Assembly: GCA_017942035.1 (NCBI GenBank)
Contig: JAGAVG010000051.1
Coordinates: forward strand, 38,663-102,662
Source of the DNA: a bacterium
Lineage (GTDB): Bacteria; Cyanobacteriota; Vampirovibrionia; Gastranaerophilales; Gastranaerophilaceae
Length of the DNA: 64,000 nucleotides
Direction of reading: 5' to 3'
Shown: piece after piece, positions 19,123 to 29,325 of the stretch
Layout of the letters: every line of letters begins with the position of its first letter
Numbering within the stretch: the first letter of the stretch is position 1
Translations under genes and position numbers: made by a program
Notes under the pieces: generated by a model
Told to the model about the DNA's origin: nothing
Seen by the model: the letters and a program-made list of their open reading frames with translations, nothing else
Databases searched by the model: none

Positions 19123-19416
19123 TTACATTATTAACAAACGTATTGCATTTATTTTTTCTTCGTCAGTGACTTTTAAAAGCAATGTTTTGTCCTTTGATGT
19201 TTCGCCTTTCAAGATGGATATGGAAGATTTCGGGATTTTAAATGTTTTCGATAAAAATTCTATTAAAGCTTTATTAGCCTTGTTTTCAATCGGTTGTGCC
19301 GTAACTTTTATTTTCAAAATTTCATCGGTTTTTATTATTTCATTTTTTGATGAATTAGGTGAAATTCTTAATTTTAAAATTATTCCTTCATCAGTTTTCT
19401 TGAACATACATACCAT
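19123..19416 (-). CDS. DUF167 / YggU-family protein.
   Basis: 97 aa, ...ISPNSSKNEI...KIKVTAQPIENKANKALIEFLSKTFKIPKSSISILKGETSKDK matches UPF0235. Confidence 0.65.
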   Translation of the reverse strand: MVCMFKKTDEGIILKLRISPNSSKNEIIKTDEILKIKVTAQPIENKANKALIEFLSKTFKIPKSSISILKGETSKDKTLLLKVTDEEKINAIRLLIM

Positions 19417-19464
19417 CCTTATGATTGAAATTATACAAATAAACTTGAAAAAATCAATAAAAAT

Positions 19465-21714
19465 TTGTATTATGATTTTATTATGGCAGAAGAAAAATCA
19501 TTATTCGACGATATAAGAGCGAAATTAATAGAGCAAAATAAGACAGAAGAAGAGATTTCCAAAATAGAAGAGGCATATTTATTTGCCAAAAAGCTTCATG
19601 ATGGGCAATATCGAATATCTGAAGAGCCGTATATTATTCATCCGGTTGAAGTCGCGAAAATTCTTGTTAATTTAAAAGTTGATAACCATACGATTATGGC
19701 GGCTTTCTTGCACGATATTCTTGAAGACACCGATACCGAACCCGAAGAAATTCGTGAAAAATTCGGGGAGGATGTCTTAAATCTTGTTCAAGGGGTTACA
19801 AAACTCAGCAAGCTTAAATTTAAATCTAAAGAGGAACGCCAGGCTGAAAATTTCAGACGTCTTTTCATTGCAATGGCAAATGATATAAGAATTGTATTTC
19901 TAAAGCTCGCAGATAGATTACATAATATGCGCACCCTTAATTTTATGGCTGCCAATAAACAACAGAAAATTGCACGTGAAACTCTAGATATCTTTGCCCC
20001 GCTTGCAAATAGATTAGGTATCGGACGAATTAAAGCAGAGCTTGAAGATTTGTCTTTGAGATATCTTGAGCCCGATAAATACTATGAAATCGCCCAGCTT
20101 GTTTCTCAAACTAAAGCTGAAAGAGAGTCTACCGTTAACCTTTTAATAGAACAAATATCAAAAGATGTCGAAAAAAGCGGGATTAATGCACAAATTACAG
20201 GTCGTGCAAAACACTATTACAGTATTTACAGCAAAATGAAACGCCTTAATATCGCATTTCATGAGCTTTATGATATTACAGCCGTAAGAGTTATTGTTGA
20301 TACGGAAAAAGAATGTTATGAAGTTTTAGGGCTTATCCACTCCAGATTTAAGCCTATTCCCGGACGGTTTAAAGATTACATTGCAATGCCAAAGGGGAAT
20401 ATGTATCAATCCCTGCATACATCTGTAATCGGTCCGCGCTCAAAGCCTTTGGAAGTTCAAATCAGAACTTGGGAAATGCATGAAGTTGCAGAATATGGTG
20501 TTGCGGCGCATTGGAGATACAAAGAAAAAGGTTCTCAAAAAGCTGACAACCCTACAGATATGCAGTTTTCCTGGATGAGAAAACTCGTTGAATATGAAAA
20601 AGATATAACTTCGGCGCAGGATTATGTAAATTCCGTTAAGTTAGATTTATTTTCAGATCAGGTTTTTGCATTCACTCCAAACGGTGATGTATTAGACCTT
20701 CCGGTTAATGCGACTCCGGTTGACTTTGCCTATAGAATTCATTCAGATGTCGGTAACAGAACAACAGGGGCTTTAATCAACGGGCGTATTGCTCAGCTTG
20801 ATACAAAGCTTAAAAACGGTGATATTGTTGAAATTTTAACAAAAAAAACTCCAGCACCGCGGCTTGACTGGCTTAATTTTGTTGTAACAAAGCAGGCCTC
20901 TTCAAAAATAAAACAGTGGTTTAAAAAGAATAACAGAGAAGAACATATTGAAGTCGGCAGGACAAATCTTGAGCACGAACTTACAAAGGCTGTTTTTGAT
21001 GAATATATTAAATCAGGAGAGTTTGAACGTGTTGCAAAAATTATGAACTATCTTTCTGCGGAGGATTTGTTTGCGGCACTGGGTTATGGTGAAACTACTT
21101 TAAATAAAATTATAAATAAACTTAAAAAGCCTCAACCGCAAGATGAAGAGCTCCCGCAAAATTATCACTCACCGGCACAACATAAGCCGAAAAAGGACAT
21201 TCAAGGGCTGGAAGGACTTTTGTATTCAATTGCAAAATGCTGTTCCCCTATCCCGGGCGAGCCGATTGTGGGGGTTGTTACACGCTCAAAAGGTGTTTCT
21301 GTTCACAGAGTTGATTGTAAAACTCTCGAAACCGTTGAACCTGAAAGGTTAATGGATATCTCATGGTCTGGTGATAATAATTCAAACAAAACTTATTCTA
21401 CAACAATAAGAGTTGAAACCGCTGAAAAAATGGGACTTTTAAAAGATATTATCGCGGCCGTTTCGGATAACAATACAAATATTAATTACGCAAATGTTAA
21501 ATCTAAAACAAATAAAGTCGGAATTATCGAACTCGGACTTGAACTTGATAATGTTGAAACTTTGAAAAAAGTTATAACAAGCATCCAGAATATTCCGGAT
21601 GTTTTCAGTGTTAAGAGAATTCAAACCTCTTATTACTCTGCAAAATCAGGCAATCATAATAATTCAAAATCCAAAACTTCAGCAAAAAAATTACCGCGTC
21701 GCAGACCTAAATAA
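19465..21714 (+). CDS. rel: Bifunctional (p)ppGpp synthetase/hydrolase (RelA/SpoT homolog).
   Basis: HD hydrolase motif HDILEDT, synthetase domain, TGS and C-terminal ACT domain, 749 aa. The start may be the ATG at 19483 (MAEEKSLF). Confidence 0.9.
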   Translation: MYYDFIMAEEKSLFDDIRAKLIEQNKTEEEISKIEEAYLFAKKLHDGQYRISEEPYIIHPVEVAKILVNLKVDNHTIMAAFLHDILEDTDTEPEEIREKFGEDVLNLVQGVTKLSKLKFKSKEERQAENFRRLFIAMANDIRIVFLKLADRLHNMRTLNFMAANKQQKIARETLDIFAPLANRLGIGRIKAELEDLSLRYLEPDKYYEIAQLVSQTKAERESTVNLLIEQISKDVEKSGINAQITGRAKHYYSIYSKMKRLNIAFHELYDITAVRVIVDTEKECYEVLGLIHSRFKPIPGRFKDYIAMPKGNMYQSLHTSVIGPRSKPLEVQIRTWEMHEVAEYGVAAHWRYKEKGSQKADNPTDMQFSWMRKLVEYEKDITSAQDYVNSVKLDLFSDQVFAFTPNGDVLDLPVNATPVDFAYRIHSDVGNRTTGALINGRIAQLDTKLKNGDIVEILTKKTPAPRLDWLNFVVTKQASSKIKQWFKKNNREEHIEVGRTNLEHELTKAVFDEYIKSGEFERVAKIMNYLSAEDLFAALGYGETTLNKIINKLKKPQPQDEELPQNYHSPAQHKPKKDIQGLEGLLYSIAKCCSPIPGEPIVGVVTRSKGVSVHRVDCKTLETVEPERLMDISWSGDNNSNKTYSTTIRVETAEKMGLLKDIIAAVSDNNTNINYANVKSKTNKVGIIELGLELDNVETLKKVITSIQNIPDVFSVKRIQTSYYSAKSGNHNNSKSKTSAKKLPRRRPK

Positions 21715-21735
21715 TTTCTCATCCGGAATTAATAG

Positions 21736-22203
21736 TTAATACGGCTTATTCAAATCGTTGTAATGACCAAACCCCAAAACATCTTTGGCCAAACATATTC
21801 CGGCATAAATTCCGAGCCCGATTGCTGAACCTTTGGCTATAATACCTTTACCTAAAAGTGCACCCAAACCAAGAGTAAACGGAACAACTTCTGATACCAT
21901 GGTTGAAAGAGCACCTTTTACATAACCAATGCCGGAGTTAAAAAAGGATCTTATATTGTTATCAAGTTCAAGATGGTAAACTCCTTTTTTCGCATTAGAT
22001 ATAGTGGTACTTGGAGTTGAGAGATACTGAGTATTGTTAAATCTGTCATAACAAGCATCGGCATCTTTAGATTTTGCCTCAACATCAGCCCTTAGTTTAG
22101 CCATAACATGAGCATCATAGGCTACAATACCTAAAGCCGCAATTCCGGCTCCGCGGCATAAATATTTCCCGTAATTAGATTTTATATTCTGTATTAATGA
22201 CAT
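21736..22203 (-). CDS. Hypothetical glycine-rich protein with a C-terminal hydrophobic segment.
   Basis: No recognisable domain. Co-oriented with 22224-23138 and 22 nt downstream of it. Confidence 0.4.
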   Translation of the reverse strand: MSLIQNIKSNYGKYLCRGAGIAALGIVAYDAHVMAKLRADVEAKSKDADACYDRFNNTQYLSTPSTTISNAKKGVYHLELDNNIRSFFNSGIGYVKGALSTMVSEVVPFTLGLGALLGKGIIAKGSAIGLGIYAGICLAKDVLGFGHYNDLNKPY

Positions 22204-22223
22204 ATTCTAACCTTCATAAATTT

Positions 22224-23138
22224 TTATTGTCCGCTTTTTGATTCTGTCTTTGTTTCTGATTTTTTTGTTTCTTTTACTTCAAATTCCTTTTCTGCAGTCT
22301 GTCCCGACATTTTTAAGAGAATATTGCTTGCTTGAAGAGCATCTTGACCGTATCCGGTTGTTGCTGATTGCATATTTTTCAAAACTTGAACGGTGTAAGC
22401 ATCACCGGATGCAGATCTTGAATCAAGCGCCGCAAGAGCAAGAATTCTTATCTGCTGTGACGGGTCTTGAAGCATTTTATTTACGAGTGCATTGAGCGCT
22501 TTATCATCTTTTCTTGAATCATCTTCTTCAAGTCTTGCTATAACCTCTTTTGCACCCATTAATCGAACTTCTTTATCTTGACTGTTTAAATAATTTTCCA
22601 AATTACGTATATAATCGTCTGTCAAAACAACAATGTTTCTTTTTTCTGTCTTTTTGTTTGTCTCTGTTGATTGTGAACTATTTACACCGTTACTTTGTCC
22701 ATTCGCACCTAAACCGTTGTTATTTCCGTTAGAACCGTCTCCGGTACCTCCACAACCATTATTAGTGTTTGTATTGTTAATATTAATAGGTACTCCGTTA
22801 GGACCATACATTAAGCCGCCACCGTTTGCGCCATTCATACCGTTTTGACCTTGACCATAGTTCTGGGTATAATATCCGGCACCATAAGATGATGGGCCAG
22901 CCGGATATGAAGGGGCATTTACATTATAAGTTGGCGCCTGAGCTCCCGGAGTTGCTACTGAAGGGTTAAAAATCTGAATATTTACACCTGCATAATTTGG
23001 TGGTGCACTGTTTTGAACTGCCGGCGGTGTCTGCATCGGCCCGACATTGTTATTTATCTGCGGCTGAATATAACTGTTTGCCGGAGGATTTTGATAAGCG
23101 TTGTTTACGCCTGCAGGCTGTGTAATATTGTTTTGCAT
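22224..23138 (-). CDS. HEAT-repeat protein with an N-terminal ~180-aa N/Q/G/P-rich low-complexity region.
   Basis: C-terminal EVRLMGAKEVIARLEEDD...IRILALAALDSR is HEAT/PBS-lyase-like repeats. N-terminal PAGVNNAYQNPPANSYIQPQINNN...GNNNGLGANGQSNG. Confidence 0.55.
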   Translation of the reverse strand: MQNNITQPAGVNNAYQNPPANSYIQPQINNNVGPMQTPPAVQNSAPPNYAGVNIQIFNPSVATPGAQAPTYNVNAPSYPAGPSSYGAGYYTQNYGQGQNGMNGANGGGLMYGPNGVPININNTNTNNGCGGTGDGSNGNNNGLGANGQSNGVNSSQSTETNKKTEKRNIVVLTDDYIRNLENYLNSQDKEVRLMGAKEVIARLEEDDSRKDDKALNALVNKMLQDPSQQIRILALAALDSRSASGDAYTVQVLKNMQSATTGYGQDALQASNILLKMSGQTAEKEFEVKETKKSETKTESKSGQ

Positions 23139-23272
23139 GATTAATCTAACCTTCTTCTACTATTACTTATATATATAAAGTTTTTTTTTGTAATTTTATT
23201 GCTTATTTTTTACTAAAATTAAGAATTGTAACAATATTTTTTATTTTAAAGTATTGTATATATAATTAAATT

Positions 23273-23575
23273 ATGGGTAATGAATTGAATTCAGAAGAGT
23301 TGAATATATGCCGTCAGTGTGGTAAATGCAAAGTTTTTCCGAAAGATTATTGGGATGAAATTCCTGATTCAGACTGTGAACTTTTTGCTATTGCGTTTTT
23401 AAGAAGAGAAGATGCAATGCAAAAGGTCAGACGTGCAAAAGAAGAGCTTTTGGACATAAAAGTTTTAAAAAATAAAACGGGTGATTTTGAAAAGTTAAAG
23501 GGTTATGAAATATATGAAAAGCGCCTAAATTCAATAATAAAAAAATTTGAGCCTTATGGTGCGCAAAACTGGTAA
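23273..23575 (+). CDS. Hypothetical small protein (CxxC pair at the N-terminus).
   Basis: 100-aa ORF followed by two hairpins (23582-23615, 23630-23653). No homology recognised. Confidence 0.4.
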   Translation: MGNELNSEELNICRQCGKCKVFPKDYWDEIPDSDCELFAIAFLRREDAMQKVRRAKEELLDIKVLKNKTGDFEKLKGYEIYEKRLNSIIKKFEPYGAQNW

Positions 23576-23747
23576 AAAAAGCCCCCATTTATACTAAAAC
23601 CGAATAAATGAGGGTAATTTGAGCAATCAGAAGAGTTGAGGATTTACTCTTCTATAATAAAGCTCTATGAGTATTTAACATTACACTAAATAGCTAATTT
23701 TAAGAAATTATCTAATACTTTTGTCGAAAGTTTAACCAATAAATGCA

Positions 23748-23945
23748 AAAAAATACACCAAATTTTATATTTTGGTGCGAGTTTTTTATAGCCTTATTAT
23801 ACAATATTTTCCGGCACATTTCAAGTGGTCTTTTGTTGTTTTTTGTGGAATTTTTGAATTTTGAAAGGGTATGTTTTAGTGAGTTTCAGGCCTGCATGCA
23901 CCAAAATATAAATTATGGTGCATGAATTTAAAGGATAATTTAAGA
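23748..23945 (+). repeat. Conserved pilin-upstream element, copy 2.
   Basis: Roughly 90 percent identical by eye to copy 1 and copy 3. Left palindrome 23754-23779 plus T-run, right palindrome 23898-23921. Confidence 0.8.
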
Positions 23946-23964
23946 AAATACGGAGGATAAAAGT

Positions 23965-24786
23965 ATGATAAATGAGGAACAGAAGGCAAGAGGTCAAGAA
24001 GGCAAGCGAGTCACGTCATTAAATACCCTCTCCCGAATTTGTAAGTTCGCATACTGCTCACTAACAAATTCAACCCTCTCACAAAGAGAGAGGGTATGTA
24101 GTAAAACTGCGTTTACGTTGGCGGAGGTTCTTATCACTCTCGGGATAATCGGTGTTGTGGCGGCGATGACATTGCCAGCGGTCATTGCTAATCATCAGAG
24201 TTCCGTATTACAACAACGGTTCAAAAAGGCTTACTCTTCTATGTCTCAGGTGTTTCAAAGGGTTGCGTTTGAAGATTATGGTGGAAATATGAATATAGAA
24301 TATACTCAATTTGGTGATATAATTGAAGCTTGCAATGAACGTATAATTAAATCATCGGTTTGTCTGTATGGACAAAATAATTGCGATACTACAATTTTTC
24401 CTTTTAAAAATTATGAGCATCCGGCTAATATAGGAAATTTTTTAGTCTCCAATTACGGTATAACTCAGTATGCAAACTTTATAAATGATGGGGTTCTTGC
24501 TCTTAATGATGGTACTTTTGTCATTTTTGATAATGGAGATCTTAGTGGAAAAACCTTAATTACAATAGACACAAACGGATGGAGAAACAAGCCGAACAAA
24601 GGCGGGGTTGATTTTTTTATGTTTGAATTAAAATCTAATGGTGCTTTAGTTCCGGTTGAAGATATTACACCTCCCTATGGAATTTCACCATTACAAAGAA
24701 ATACAAATTGTCTGTCAAATCCGGATGTCACTTGCACTTACGAGGCATTGAGTAATCCGGATTATTTCAAGAAAGTTAAAAAATAA
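23965..24786 (+). CDS. Type IV pilin-like / pseudopilin family protein, paralog 2, with a ~45-aa N-terminal extension.
   Basis: SKTAFTLAEVLITLGIIGVVAAMTLPAVI. The C-terminal IDTNGWRNKPNKGGVDFFMFEL motif is shared with paralog 3 (VDTNGLKRPNVLGRDVFDFYV). SD ggagga 9 nt before the ATG. Confidence 0.75.
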   Translation: MINEEQKARGQEGKRVTSLNTLSRICKFAYCSLTNSTLSQRERVCSKTAFTLAEVLITLGIIGVVAAMTLPAVIANHQSSVLQQRFKKAYSSMSQVFQRVAFEDYGGNMNIEYTQFGDIIEACNERIIKSSVCLYGQNNCDTTIFPFKNYEHPANIGNFLVSNYGITQYANFINDGVLALNDGTFVIFDNGDLSGKTLITIDTNGWRNKPNKGGVDFFMFELKSNGALVPVEDITPPYGISPLQRNTNCLSNPDVTCTYEALSNPDYFKKVKK

Positions 24787-24824
24787 AATCTAAGTTCGTA
24801 TTTTATTTAACACAAATACTTAAT

Positions 24825-25775
24825 TTACAGTATACATGCCAGCACCATCAGGATAAGAGTGCCTATTTGGACTGCGGTTGCCATATTTTGAGTGAATTTA
24901 TTTGAATCGTATTTTTTTGAAGATTTTTGAGCGTTGAAAGCGCTTGAAATTCTATTCATTCTTATATCTTGCGGATCAGAGTCAAAAGTTGTTCCAAACA
25001 TGCTTGATTCAAGTCTTGCAAGTCGATTTTGAGTCGGGTCTGATGGATAAGTTTGTTTAAATAGAGCTTTTTCTACAGCATTTAAACTGGTGTTTTTTGA
25101 AGAATATCCCCCAGCAACAGGAGCGGCACCACCGATTTTGGGAGATGTATTCCTTCGATTATCGTAGAAATCGAATTCATCTGGATCAGGGAAAGACATC
25201 GAGGACATTCCGGAATTATCGGAGAGTGTTAATTCATCATCATTAAAAAAGTCAGGAGTTTTACTTGCGATTGAGGAATTAATGTCGATTTTACTTCTTA
25301 ATCTGTCAACACGAGTATTCAAATCGTCGTTAAAAGTTTTTCCGAAAGTTTTTTGTTCAAGCTTTGCGAGTCTGCCGTTAACATCGTTAGTTTTAAATTC
25401 CTGATTAAAAATTTTCTTTTCCATAGCATTAATTACAGGATAATCAATGTTAGAGCCCGGTGCAATTTTTTCATCAACGGCAAGTTTGTCATCGTCTTCC
25501 ATAAAAGTATCTTTTACCGGCGGAATTTCCTGTCCGATTAAATCTGATGCCATATCCTTTTTCAAACGGGCAATTTTTTGTGCGTTTGTTTGTTTTGTAG
25601 GTGCTCCGTAAACTGTTTGTTCAATTCGGTTCAACCTGCTTGTTTCATCTTGATTTTGATAGGTGAAACCATAGAGAAATTTTTCTACATTGTCAATCAT
25701 TGATGCAGAAAAGCAAATCTGCTGAATAAATATAAATGCTGTGAATATTAATAACAAATATTTTTTCATAACCAC
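24825..25775 (-). CDS. Hypothetical secreted/membrane-anchored protein with four RLxxLE...FG..F repeats.
   Basis: Signal peptide MVMKKYLLLIFTAFIFIQQICFS. Repeats RLNRIEQTVYG, RLAKLEQKTFGKTF, RVDRLRSKI, RLARLESSMFGTTF. C-terminal hydrophobic IGTLILMVLACIL. Confidence 0.5.
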   Translation of the reverse strand: MVMKKYLLLIFTAFIFIQQICFSASMIDNVEKFLYGFTYQNQDETSRLNRIEQTVYGAPTKQTNAQKIARLKKDMASDLIGQEIPPVKDTFMEDDDKLAVDEKIAPGSNIDYPVINAMEKKIFNQEFKTNDVNGRLAKLEQKTFGKTFNDDLNTRVDRLRSKIDINSSIASKTPDFFNDDELTLSDNSGMSSMSFPDPDEFDFYDNRRNTSPKIGGAAPVAGGYSSKNTSLNAVEKALFKQTYPSDPTQNRLARLESSMFGTTFDSDPQDIRMNRISSAFNAQKSSKKYDSNKFTQNMATAVQIGTLILMVLACIL

Positions 25776-25952
25776 TCCTTAAAAAACAGAATAAGGGGGG
25801 ATAAAAATAAAAACTATTCATCATACCTGCAATATTGCAGGAAAGGTTTTTCGTAAAAAATATGTAGAACTTTTGTGTAATAAAAAAAATATTATGATAC
25901 TAAAGTCTTAGTGAGCTTGCATATAAATATTTCTTTTGTTAGAATAATTTGA

Positions 25953-27080
25953 ATGGAAGAGTTAGAGACAAAACGTATTATAGGCTTGATGTCCGGAACC
26001 TCATGCGACAGCATTGATGCTGGTTTGTGCGAAGTTTATCCGGATTTATCATGTAAACTTATCCGCGGAATTAACTATAAATATCCGCCGCATATCCGTG
26101 CAAAAATTTTTCAAATTTTTAGAGGAGAAGCCTCAATCAAAGACATTTGCCAGATGAATTTTGCGATAGGAAAATGTTTTGCTGATGCGTGTAAAATTTT
26201 GATAGAAGAGTTTGGCAAACCTGATTTAATATCTAGTCATGGTCAAACAATTTTCCATGCGCCGCAAAACGAAAAACTCGACGGAATTTCATTAAAAAGT
26301 ACACTCCAAATCGGAGAAAGCTCTGTTATCTCAAAAGAAACCGGCTGCCCTGTTGTGTCTAATTTTAGAGAATCTGATATTGCCGCAGGCGGTGAAGGTG
26401 CTCCATTGGTTTGTTTTGCCGATGAAAAATGGTTTAAACCTTTAAAGAAAAATGTTCTTGTACAAAATATCGGCGGAATTTCAAACGTTACGGTTATTTC
26501 CGGAGAGCATACAACATTTGGCTTTGACACCGGTCCCGGAAATATGATAATAGATTACTGCACTCAAAAGTTTTTCAGCAAACCTTACGATGAAGATGGA
26601 AAACTTGCCCGCGAAGGAATTGTGTCAGATAGCTGGCTGGATATTTTGATGCAGGATGAATATTATTTGAAAAATCCGCCTAAAACTACCGGAAGAGAAT
26701 ATTTTTCGCCGCGTTATATCGAAAATGCTCTTAAGCTTGCTCCGGAGAATCCGAAAGATATAATCGCAACGGTCACAGCTCTGACAGCGAAAACAATTGT
26801 GAAAGCTTACGAAAGTTTTATTTTTCCAGAAATTGATATTGATGAGGTTATAATAGGCGGCGGAGGGGCTTATAACCCTGAATTGATGAAATTTATCAGG
26901 TATTATCTTCCAAAACATATTGAGCTTAAAACTCATGAAGATTACGGAATTTCAAATAATTTTAAAGAAGTGATGGCGTTTGCACTTTTAGGTTATTGTA
27001 CATACTATTCAATCCCAAACAATCTCCCTGAATGTACCGGCGCGAATTACCGAACTGTACTAGGTAAACTGACCTATTAA
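25953..27080 (+). CDS. anmK: Anhydro-N-acetylmuramic acid kinase.
   Basis: IGLMSGTSCDSIDAGLCEV N-terminus and 375-aa length are typical of AnmK. Confidence 0.85.
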   Translation: MEELETKRIIGLMSGTSCDSIDAGLCEVYPDLSCKLIRGINYKYPPHIRAKIFQIFRGEASIKDICQMNFAIGKCFADACKILIEEFGKPDLISSHGQTIFHAPQNEKLDGISLKSTLQIGESSVISKETGCPVVSNFRESDIAAGGEGAPLVCFADEKWFKPLKKNVLVQNIGGISNVTVISGEHTTFGFDTGPGNMIIDYCTQKFFSKPYDEDGKLAREGIVSDSWLDILMQDEYYLKNPPKTTGREYFSPRYIENALKLAPENPKDIIATVTALTAKTIVKAYESFIFPEIDIDEVIIGGGGAYNPELMKFIRYYLPKHIELKTHEDYGISNNFKEVMAFALLGYCTYYSIPNNLPECTGANYRTVLGKLTY

Positions 27081-27190
27081 CAAGAGACATTTAGAGAGTA
27101 TTATTAACTTATATTAAGCAAATTTAAATAATATAGCAAATTATATTATCTTTTGACTTAATATTAATACAAAACAAAAAGGAGAAAAAA

Positions 27191-27445
27191 ATGATTTCAA
27201 ATGTAAATTTCACAGGACGTGAAGGTATGCTTTATCAGACAATGAAACCTAGCATTCAACGTAATACAAGTTATGTATCACCATACAGCGAAATTAGGAA
27301 TTTATTTACTAATATAAAACTTGCTGACAAACCAAAAGAAACAGACAATGCTGCAGCAGCAGCAAGCTATGTTATCTCACACGGCACTCCAAAAAGTGCA
27401 ATTGTTGGTATTAACGTTGACACTATTGTTGACACTATTGTTTAA
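27191..27445 (+). CDS. Hypothetical small protein.
   Basis: 84-aa ORF with a strong SD aaaaggagaaaaaa. Ends in a 12-nt tandem repeat encoding VDTIVDTIV. Confidence 0.35.
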   Translation: MISNVNFTGREGMLYQTMKPSIQRNTSYVSPYSEIRNLFTNIKLADKPKETDNAAAAASYVISHGTPKSAIVGINVDTIVDTIV

Positions 27446-27448
27446 TTT

Positions 27449-28252
27449 TTAAATTAATTTTTTTATAGCAGAAGGAATATACCTGATCAAATCGGAAGCT
27501 AAAACTCCGTATTCGGTCAGGTCATTTCTTGCAATATCAGCGGCAAGTCCGTGAAGATAAACCGCTAGTTTGCAAGCCTCAAAAATATCCATCTTTTGAG
27601 CCAAAAGTCCTGCAATTATGCCGGTCAAGACATCTCCGCTCCCTGATTTTGCAAGGGCACTGTTTCCGGTAATATTTTTGTAAGTTCTGCATTCAACCGA
27701 TGAAACTATTGTCTCGTTAGTCTTTAAAACGGCCGTACAATTGAATTTTTTCGACAATTCTTTTGCGTAAAACTCAGTGTTGGTTATAATTTTTTCTATT
27801 TCGACACCTAAAAGTCTTGACGCCTCTTTCGGATGAGGGGTAATGATTAAATTTTCAGGCAGTTTCGGCTTTTTCAGGCCTGATAAAATATTTAGTCCGT
27901 CAGCGTCTAAAACTACAGGTACTTGAACTTTCGAGGATAAAACTTTTTTCACTATATTTTTAGCCTCTAATGAGGTCGAAAGTCCGCACCCGATTTCGAT
28001 TGTATCAGCTTCTTTAATTTTTTCGGAAAGTTCCTCCAGCGGAGAGAGCACAACCTCAGGCGCCTGAACTGTTACCGCATCCAGAACTTCGTCACAAGAG
28101 CATAAAACGACATATCCGCATCCGATTTTCAGGGCCGAAACGCTTGATAAATAAGCTGCCCCTCTATAATAACGCGAACCAGATATATTCAAAACTTTAC
28201 CAAACGTGCCTTTGTGCGAATTTTCTTTTCTCGGTGGAAGTCTAAATGCCAT
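27449..28252 (-). CDS. nnrD: ADP-dependent NAD(P)H-hydrate dehydratase (YjeF C-terminal domain).
   Basis: HKGTFGKVLNISGSRYYRGAAYLS...GSGDVLTGIIAGLLAQ carbohydrate-kinase-like motif. Confidence 0.8.
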   Translation of the reverse strand: MAFRLPPRKENSHKGTFGKVLNISGSRYYRGAAYLSSVSALKIGCGYVVLCSCDEVLDAVTVQAPEVVLSPLEELSEKIKEADTIEIGCGLSTSLEAKNIVKKVLSSKVQVPVVLDADGLNILSGLKKPKLPENLIITPHPKEASRLLGVEIEKIITNTEFYAKELSKKFNCTAVLKTNETIVSSVECRTYKNITGNSALAKSGSGDVLTGIIAGLLAQKMDIFEACKLAVYLHGLAADIARNDLTEYGVLASDLIRYIPSAIKKLI

Positions 28253-28691
28253 TTTGTCTTATAACCTCGTATGCAACGATTGCAACCGAGTTTGAAAGAT
28301 TTAGGCTTCTTTGTCCTTCTTTCATCGGGATGGTTAAAGCGTTTTCATCCTTAACGTATTTATCTGGAAGTCCGCGGCTTTCAGGGCCAAAGACAATAAA
28401 GTCGCCATCTTTAAACTCAACTGTTGTATAAACTCGTTTTGTTTTTGTTGTCAGATAATAAAAGTTAGCACCTTTATTCGTCTCTAACAATTCCTCCATT
28501 GTCTCAATTCTTTCGTAGTCAACACTATCCCAGTAGTCTAATCCTGCGCGTTTCATGTACTTATCGGAAAGCGAAAATCCTAATTTGCCGACAAGATACA
28601 ATTTAGCTCCGGAGCAGGCGCAAAGTCGTGCAATGTTTCCGGTATTTTGCGGGATTTCAGGTTCGTAAAGGACAATGTTTAACCTTGCCAT
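28242..28691 (-). CDS. trmL: tRNA (cytidine/uridine-2'-O)-methyltransferase, SpoU/TrmL type.
   Basis: MARLNIVLYEPEIPQNTGNIARLCA is the TrmL signature, 149 aa. Confidence 0.8.
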   Translation of the reverse strand: MARLNIVLYEPEIPQNTGNIARLCACSGAKLYLVGKLGFSLSDKYMKRAGLDYWDSVDYERIETMEELLETNKGANFYYLTTKTKRVYTTVEFKDGDFIVFGPESRGLPDKYVKDENALTIPMKEGQRSLNLSNSVAIVAYEVIRQNGI

Positions 28692-28693
28692 AA

Positions 28694-29311
28694 CTATTCC
28701 TTGTCACCTTCATCAGCTTTATCTTCAAAAAGATATTTAGCCTCTATCACAACCGGAATTCCTCTTACAACACAGAATACAATTGCAAAAACTGCGCACC
28801 AGAAGCCGATTTCGCCAACCATTTTTGCATTAGGAAGGGTTGGAATTCTTGCCGCGATAATCAACACAAATGCCGCAACTTTAGCAACAGCATAGCTAAT
28901 TCTCATAAACCTTGACCCGCAGATGAATTTTGCAACCTTAGATTTTTGCATTGTGTTTTCGCCAAATGCAGTGTAACCTTTTTCCATTGCGGCACTTCTG
29001 ATTGTATCAGTGATAAATCCGCGAGTTATGGCTATTAGCGGAAATAGTATTGATAACCAGCCCATTACTGCGAATAATATCCAGTATGAATTTTCTACAA
29101 TTCTGTCTCCCATAATATCTAAAAGTGCACCGAGTTTTGATTCTTCATGGAATTTTCTTGCGACATATCCGTCAACGCCATCAAGCGCAAATGCAAATAT
29201 AGTGAAGATTAATGCGGCAACGTAAGCTGAAACACTGCCCGGACAGCTGACTATCAAAAAGATAGCGCAGAACATTACGAAAATTCTGAATATTGATATA
29301 AAATTTGCCAT
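28694..29311 (-). CDS. CDP-alcohol phosphatidyltransferase family protein.
   Basis: DGVDGYVARK...G..LD...D motif, multi-TM. Confidence 0.7.
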   Translation of the reverse strand: MANFISIFRIFVMFCAIFLIVSCPGSVSAYVAALIFTIFAFALDGVDGYVARKFHEESKLGALLDIMGDRIVENSYWILFAVMGWLSILFPLIAITRGFITDTIRSAAMEKGYTAFGENTMQKSKVAKFICGSRFMRISYAVAKVAAFVLIIAARIPTLPNAKMVGEIGFWCAVFAIVFCVVRGIPVVIEAKYLFEDKADEGDKE

Positions 29312-29325
29312 TAGTTTTCTCTCCT

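Noticed and set aside
19166-19516. 116-aa plus-strand ORF upstream of rel.
   Set aside because: It overlaps the DUF167 gene on the opposite strand and the rel start region. It is hydrophobic and AT-driven with no SD.
23743-23925. 60-aa ORF on the plus strand (also 52868-53221 on the minus strand).
   Set aside because: They lie entirely within or across the conserved non-coding pilin-upstream elements. They have no SD, and their 'conservation' is explained by the repeat.
27420-27446. Tandem 12-nt direct repeat gttgacactattgttgacactattgtt as a possible repeat array.
   Set aside because: Only two units, inside the 3' end of a small ORF (VDTIVDTIV). It is not a CRISPR or VNTR array.
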